A stretch of DNA of 63,973 nucleotides, filler included, from Mitosporidium daphniae (taxonomy: Eukaryota), in the NCBI RefSeq assembly GCF_000760515.2. It is 11 parts of 11 records of this genome, joined end to end, with 100 filler letters (N's around TTAATTAATTAA, not from the genome) between each part and the next. Parts side by side here need not be neighbours in the genome. Positions count along the whole stretch, not along the records: positions 56,220 to 62,038 come from NW_013546621.1; positions 62,139 to 63,973 come from NW_013546529.1; 9 more parts are not named here. One strand, written 5' to 3'. How positions within the stretch are numbered: the first letter of the stretch is position 1; each line of letters starts with the position of its first letter. The notes under the pieces were generated by a model. That model saw only the letters and a list, made by a program, of their open reading frames with translations, searched no databases and was not told where the DNA came from. Shown here one piece after another: positions 58,868 through 63,973 of this stretch. A program made the translations under genes and the position numbers.

Positions 58868-59503
58868 CGGTGTTTACAGCTTTTCGAAAAAGCAGCTAGC
58901 ATTTTATAGACTCTTACATCGAATAGGTGCATTAAATGAGATAATTACTGAAACGGCCAATGAAAATCGAGAAATTTAATTATCATGTCGTCTTATTTGT
59001 CATTAAGTTGATTATCCGCCAGAATGGAAGCGATTTAGTGTAAAATTCAAAAGTTTAGTAAAAATGGAGATTCCTAAAATGGGTTAAGGTTAGGCTTTGC
59101 TATGCTTTATGTTGTAATAACCGGGATTACGGGGACGGACACTTGATTTCAGACAATCGGGTCAGTTAGGCATAAAGGCGTTCAAATTTCGGGAAAACTG
59201 CATATGCAATAAATGGACTATAAATCATCTATAAGATGTGCAATGGGAGGGCGATTCGGGTTAGGGATTGAGAAAGACATGCAAATGATTTTTCGAGAAA
59301 CATATATTGAAGCGTATTAACTAGATCATACAGAAGGATATGATGACCACCTCTACTGCAGCTGGTGGTTCTGGAGATTCGTAGGTATTCTCTCGAAAAG
59401 GGGTAGGGTTAGGGTTAAGAGCATCCCATGACATATTTGAACCCTTAAAATCAATGGGAAATTAAAGTTTATTTGTACTGATCTTTAGTTTCTTTGGCCC
59501 TGC

Positions 59504-60397
59504 ATGCGTCCATTTCAAACGTTAAGTGATGCTTTTGCATGGTTCAAGTACCCACCGGCACTTGCACGCTCCCTTTTGATTCCCTTTCTGGGCTTTCCTA
59601 TATTGATGAAGCTAAATTTTGTTCGTCTATACTCTGTTCTGTTTTCTTGGAAACTAATATTCAAAAAAGGCCAAATTTGGCGATTGGGATCTTCTTTCTT
59701 TATTGCGCCTCTAAATATAAACCTGTTTTTTGATTCATTCCTTAGATACCAGGCACTTTCTCAGCTAGAATTTATGACGTTTGGAAAGCACGATGGTATC
59801 GCTTTTTTGGTGTTTGGGTTTATCTTCAGTATTTTTTTTGCGCTATTAGATGGAAGTGTTATTATCCTTACACCGGTTTTCACAATGTACATCGTTTATG
59901 TTTGGTCGATGCTAAATCCGGATATTATCATCCAATTCTACTTTGTCCCTCTTAAATCAAAATATTTCCCTTGGGCTCTCTTGGCGGTGAATTCATTTAT
60001 ATTTGACAAGTACTTCCCTTCAGAAATGGCTGGAATTTTGATAGGGAATCTCTATGTGGCACTATTCAAGTGGTCAGTTACCTCAAAGATGCTTATCACC
60101 GGAACCTATTAGTAATGTTGCCATATTTATTTTTATAGTGAATCCAAGTTAAAATCCCTCCATCAAACGATAACCAGATTATCTTCACGGCCAGGAAAGG
60201 CACTGGGTAAGCCTGAGCCCAATCAAGTGGCCAAAAGCCGCCTCAAGTACTTTGAAAAGACCAGCTTAAATACTGAAGCCAAATTTACAGCATCGGATTC
60301 GAAAGCCGATTTGCTATCAAAAATCGATGATGCAGCCACTAGGCCTTCTTCCAACTGCGGATATATGGCATCTATCACTAGCTGTAAACAGGACTAG
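59504..60397 (+). CDS. derlin (Der1-like); 3' exon structure uncertain
   Basis: [29 protein letters not shown]. Confidence 0.85.
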
Positions 60398-62038
60398 TTT
60401 GTGCTAAATATAAAATTTAAAAGATTTCTTGTAGCTCCCCTATCAAAGGGGTTGAAGAACTCTTTAACGGACGTGGACCCATCACGAGAAATAAAAAAGT
60501 GGTGATATTTGTGAATATTTCGGGCCTCATTGGTAGTCAGTGCTTGGGAAATTTGAAATAGTTGGGAGACCCATAAAAAGAATGTTATCCAAAAAGCCCA
60601 TGATGTGCACCCAAAGAAGATCAGAAAGGTAACCCTTTGGTCTTCGTATAAAACTCGTACAAGCGAAAGGAGCGATGAATAAGATTCGTAAGCTATTAGC
60701 GAAAATACCTTTAAAAGATACACCACATTGAAGCTTGCAGTGTACAACACCAGGAGAAAGAGATAAAAGACGAATGTGCGGCAGTTCCACAAACCAATAC
60801 AATTTCCGGTCCATGGACAATGATGATCAAACACCATGACGCATTTATTGCAAGTAGAACAATGTTTGGACCTCAAGGGACGGAAATTAAGGCATGTAGA
60901 GCAAAAGTTTCTTCTGGAATGATTAGAGTCAACCAAAAGCCTCATATTCGATTTTATTGTCTGTGAGAATGCAGAGTATGAGTTGTTTTTGACAATAAAG
61001 CCTGGGTCCAAGAAATAACAGCGTAGCAGAGACAATACCAAAAGGATAGAAATACAACCAAAATACAAATATCCAATGATTGTAAAAGGAAAGCAGATCA
61101 GCGTCGAAACTACTACACTCATTGTGATCGATATATTGGACCAAAATAAAACAGANGACTGAGCTATAGAGCTACCTGGAAGGAACTTTGACAGGACACA
61201 AATTGCCAGCGAAGAAATTCCCAAAATAATTGCTAACGCAATATGCAGTTCATGAAAAGAAGAAACGTACAAAAGTATGGGAATGCTCATCATCAGGGCA
61301 AAACAAAAACTTTTGGAGCTGATAACCGATAGAGCTTTTGATTTCGCATCTGCCTTTTTAAAATACGAAATCAAGTTTTTATCGTCGCGTTCCTGAGCAT
61401 ATTTTTTAAACCACATGCTCAATTCAGGTCTTGACAGCAAAAATTCAAGAGAATCACTAGCTTTTGCCTCCATCAACCGATGAATAAAGTTCTTTTCCCC
61501 AAGAAATGGGTCGATTGGGCCAGAGGTCACGATCAATGAATATGTTACCTTTAGAAGTTGAGACGAAGCCCTTCTGATCCCAATCCAATCAAGAAGAGCT
61601 CTCCCACCGGAATCAGATGCGTAAAGAAGAGACTGATCCAAAGAAGCCAAATAAACCAGAATATCCAATCTGTCATATTGCACAGCAACGTGGGAGCAGA
61701 AATATCCATGATCGTCAGTCACCAAAATGTTACACCCAGATTCGACGAGAAAAACAACCATTTCTATGTGTCCGCCACTATTGGAAATTTAAATCACACT
61801 GCATACATAATTGCCCAGTTTAGAGGAGGGTCCATGGACTTTCCACCTCTAACATTGACATCAACGCCGTCAAAAGAGACGAGACATTTGGCCATTTCAA
61901 TTCTATTAAGCAGAGCAATCCAATGCAATGGCCTATATATGAGAAAAGCACTAAATATTACGTGGACTTGTCGCTAGGATCCTGCAGGCTGGCCATAACG
62001 GAGCCAGAATGCAAAGTAAGATACTCCAAAAAGGATTC
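60394..62038 (-). CDS. AKR1: ankyrin-repeat DHHC palmitoyltransferase (Akr1-like), 5' truncated
   Basis: ankyrin repeats, FCSTC...[32 protein letters not shown]. Confidence 0.9.
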
Positions 62039-62138
62039 NNNNNNNNNNNNNNNNNNNNNNNNNNNNNNNNNNNNNNNNNNNNTTAATTAATTAANNNNNN
62101 NNNNNNNNNNNNNNNNNNNNNNNNNNNNNNNNNNNNNN

Positions 62139-62848
62139 ACATCCTTGCTGGGATTAATGGACTTGAAGTGGGACAATCAATTGTCATTGCAATTTCAATG
62201 ATCATTAATAGCTCTATGCACGTTTTCTCTCCGGAATCGTATCCTAATGCTCGTCAAGTTCACTTTTTGTCGCTAGTTTTACTCATTCCTTTTGTGTTTG
62301 TTTCTATCCCTCTTTATAGAGCAAACAAATACCCTGCTAGTGTTTTTGTTGGCGATACATTTTGTTATTTCAGCGGGATGACATTCGCCGTAGTTGGTTT
62401 GGTGGGGCATTTCTCAAAAACTCTTTGCTTGTTCTTCATCCCACAGGCAATCAATTTTGTATATTCCGTCCCTCAACTATTCCATTTTCTTGATTGTCCA
62501 AGGCATAGATTACCAAAATTCAATCCATCTACAGGCCTTCTTGAGATGAGCTGCGTCGAGTTTCTGCTTAAGCCTAAATCGACCATTAAAGAAAAGCTTG
62601 GATTCCTGATGATCAAGTTTTTATCTCAGCTCAAATTAGCTCACTTAGAGATTGTCGAATCAGATGGTGTTTCTGGAGAAACCAAGTATCGATTTAACAA
62701 TCTGACCCTACTTAATGTGTTTATTTTTTGGTTTGGACCCTGTCATGAGCAAAGTTTGACCACAAAGCTTTTGTCTTTTCAAATATTTTGCACTTTTATT
62801 GCATTCACTATTAGATACGTGCTTGCTCCGTGTCTTTATATCATCTAA
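62139..62848 (+). CDS. ALG7: UDP-GlcNAc:dolichyl-phosphate GlcNAc-1-P transferase, C-terminal part
   Basis: ILAGINGLEVGQ, VFVGDTFCYFSGM, GHFSKT, CPRHRLP, NNLTLLN. Confidence 0.96.
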
Positions 62849-62983
62849 TTTTGATTGATGCCATTTTGGGGACACATTTACCAAAGACGGGTAAAAATTT
62901 GAAATAAATTCCAATTTTTCTCCAATTGCAATTAGGCATCCGGGATAATTTAAATCGGATGAATTTTCCAGTGGCCACCATTG

Positions 62984-63832
62984 ATGAATTTGTACATTTT
63001 TGTCGCAATCTCTTGGCTTGTATGGTATTCAAATACGGAGCCAATATCCATTCCCATTAAGTTGGTTGACTTATCTCCTGATTCGCATCGGCATCCAATC
63101 TTGAAAGAAACCGGTTTTGGAATTTCAAATTCTTCGATAGAGGGAAGGCCCTTAATATTAACTCTGATTCCGATAGATAATGTATTGAGGTCTCAATTGC
63201 AGGCTTCAATGCCAATTAAATGCAGCAACATACAGCTTAAGACGTATAGCCTGCCAACTGCCTGCCCGACTAAAACGATAGCCTCTGGATTGAAACCAAC
63301 ATCCTCTTTACAATGTAGTCCATCTCCTGTAACTTTTTTGCCTTCGATCCGCTCTTCATCTGCTGCACTTTACACCTCTACTGTAAGTTGCTTGCCTTCG
63401 ATCAGCTCCTCGTCTGTTGTAAGTTGCTTGCCTTCGATCAGCTCCTCGTCTGTTGCAAATTATTTGCCTTCGATCAGCTCTTCGTCTGTTGCAAATTATT
63501 TGCCTTCGATCAGCTCTTCATCTTGTGTAGTTTACACCTCTACTGTAGGTTGTCTGCCTTCGATCAGCTCTTCATCCGCTACACTGAGCACTACTTGTGC
63601 TAAATGCTCAACAGTATATAGTGAAACTACAAAGCGCTCCAATTCTACTAGCACGCAAAGTCAAAATTTGGTAAAGCCATCTGAAATTTCCAAGACTCTT
63701 CCAACCCCAACCACCGAACAAACTACGATAAAAAATTCGAATACCGAAATTCAGGGAAACATCGACCCGTCCGTGATTGACCCCAAATTAATTTATGCCT
63801 TAATTGCTGATTTGAGCAAGTTTAAAAGCTAA
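62984..63832 (+). CDS. secreted Ser/Thr-rich protein with LPSISSSS repeats
   Basis: hydrophobic N-terminus; about six 36-nt-type repeat units at about 63330-63575. Confidence 0.75.
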   Translation: MNLYIFVAISWLVWYSNTEPISIPIKLVDLSPDSHRHPILKETGFGISNSSIEGRPLILTLIPIDNVLRSQLQASMPIKCSNIQLKTYSLPTACPTKTIASGLKPTSSLQCSPSPVTFLPSIRSSSAALYTSTVSCLPSISSSSVVSCLPSISSSSVANYLPSISSSSVANYLPSISSSSCVVYTSTVGCLPSISSSSATLSTTCAKCSTVYSETTKRSNSTSTQSQNLVKPSEISKTLPTPTTEQTTIKNSNTEIQGNIDPSVIDPKLIYALIADLSKFKS

Positions 63833-63973
63833 GCTTCAATACCCAGTGCAGCCCGGAAAGGTGTTTTATGGCATGGCGCGGCGCGGCATGATGGGCCGGC
63901 GCCGATGGCTGTGCACATGACATGTAATAAAGTTACACATTTACTTGACCCCAGTGGCAAGCACACGAGGGGC

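Noticed and set aside
6583..62138. Regularly spaced TTAATTAATTAA palindromes and any gene clustering across them
   Set aside because: Artificial linkers between size-sorted contigs; no biological synteny can be inferred

Overview
Eukaryotic, very gene-dense genomic DNA, not prokaryotic. The window is a pseudo-scaffold of 11 unlinked contigs joined by artificial 100-nt linkers (N44-TTAATTAATTAA-N44). Internal contig lengths fall steadily from 6290 to 5819 nt, so adjacency across linkers means nothing. Genes are fungal-like, carry many ultra-short GT-AG introns (about 24-33 nt) and have 50-150 nt spacers. A mitochondrial set is retained (DNA polymerase gamma, Tom22, Pam18, Mam33, Hsp60 tail). 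Together this suggests an early-diverging microsporidian or rozellid parasite such as Mitosporidium (inference, not verified). Housekeeping genes include Rab11, ALG1, GDI1, PTPA, ERG12, GRS1, RPL26, PRP17, RPC31, MscS, RRP3, UFD2, TPS2, FEN1, derlin, AKR1 and ALG7. The most interesting content is a set of mostly intronless signal-peptide genes in regions with long spacers and TTAGGG-like repeats: a two-member family with a His-Asn-Gln-Cys protease-like signature, a roughly 1100-aa secreted kinase, and secreted proteins with SV40-type NLS motifs. These are candidate host-directed effectors. Also noted: an intronic snR73/U35-like C/D snoRNA, a CWC27 lacking its cyclophilin domain, a p25alpha/TPPP protein, and DONSON- and VPS50-like genes. 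All family calls come from motif recognition by eye; no database searches were run.
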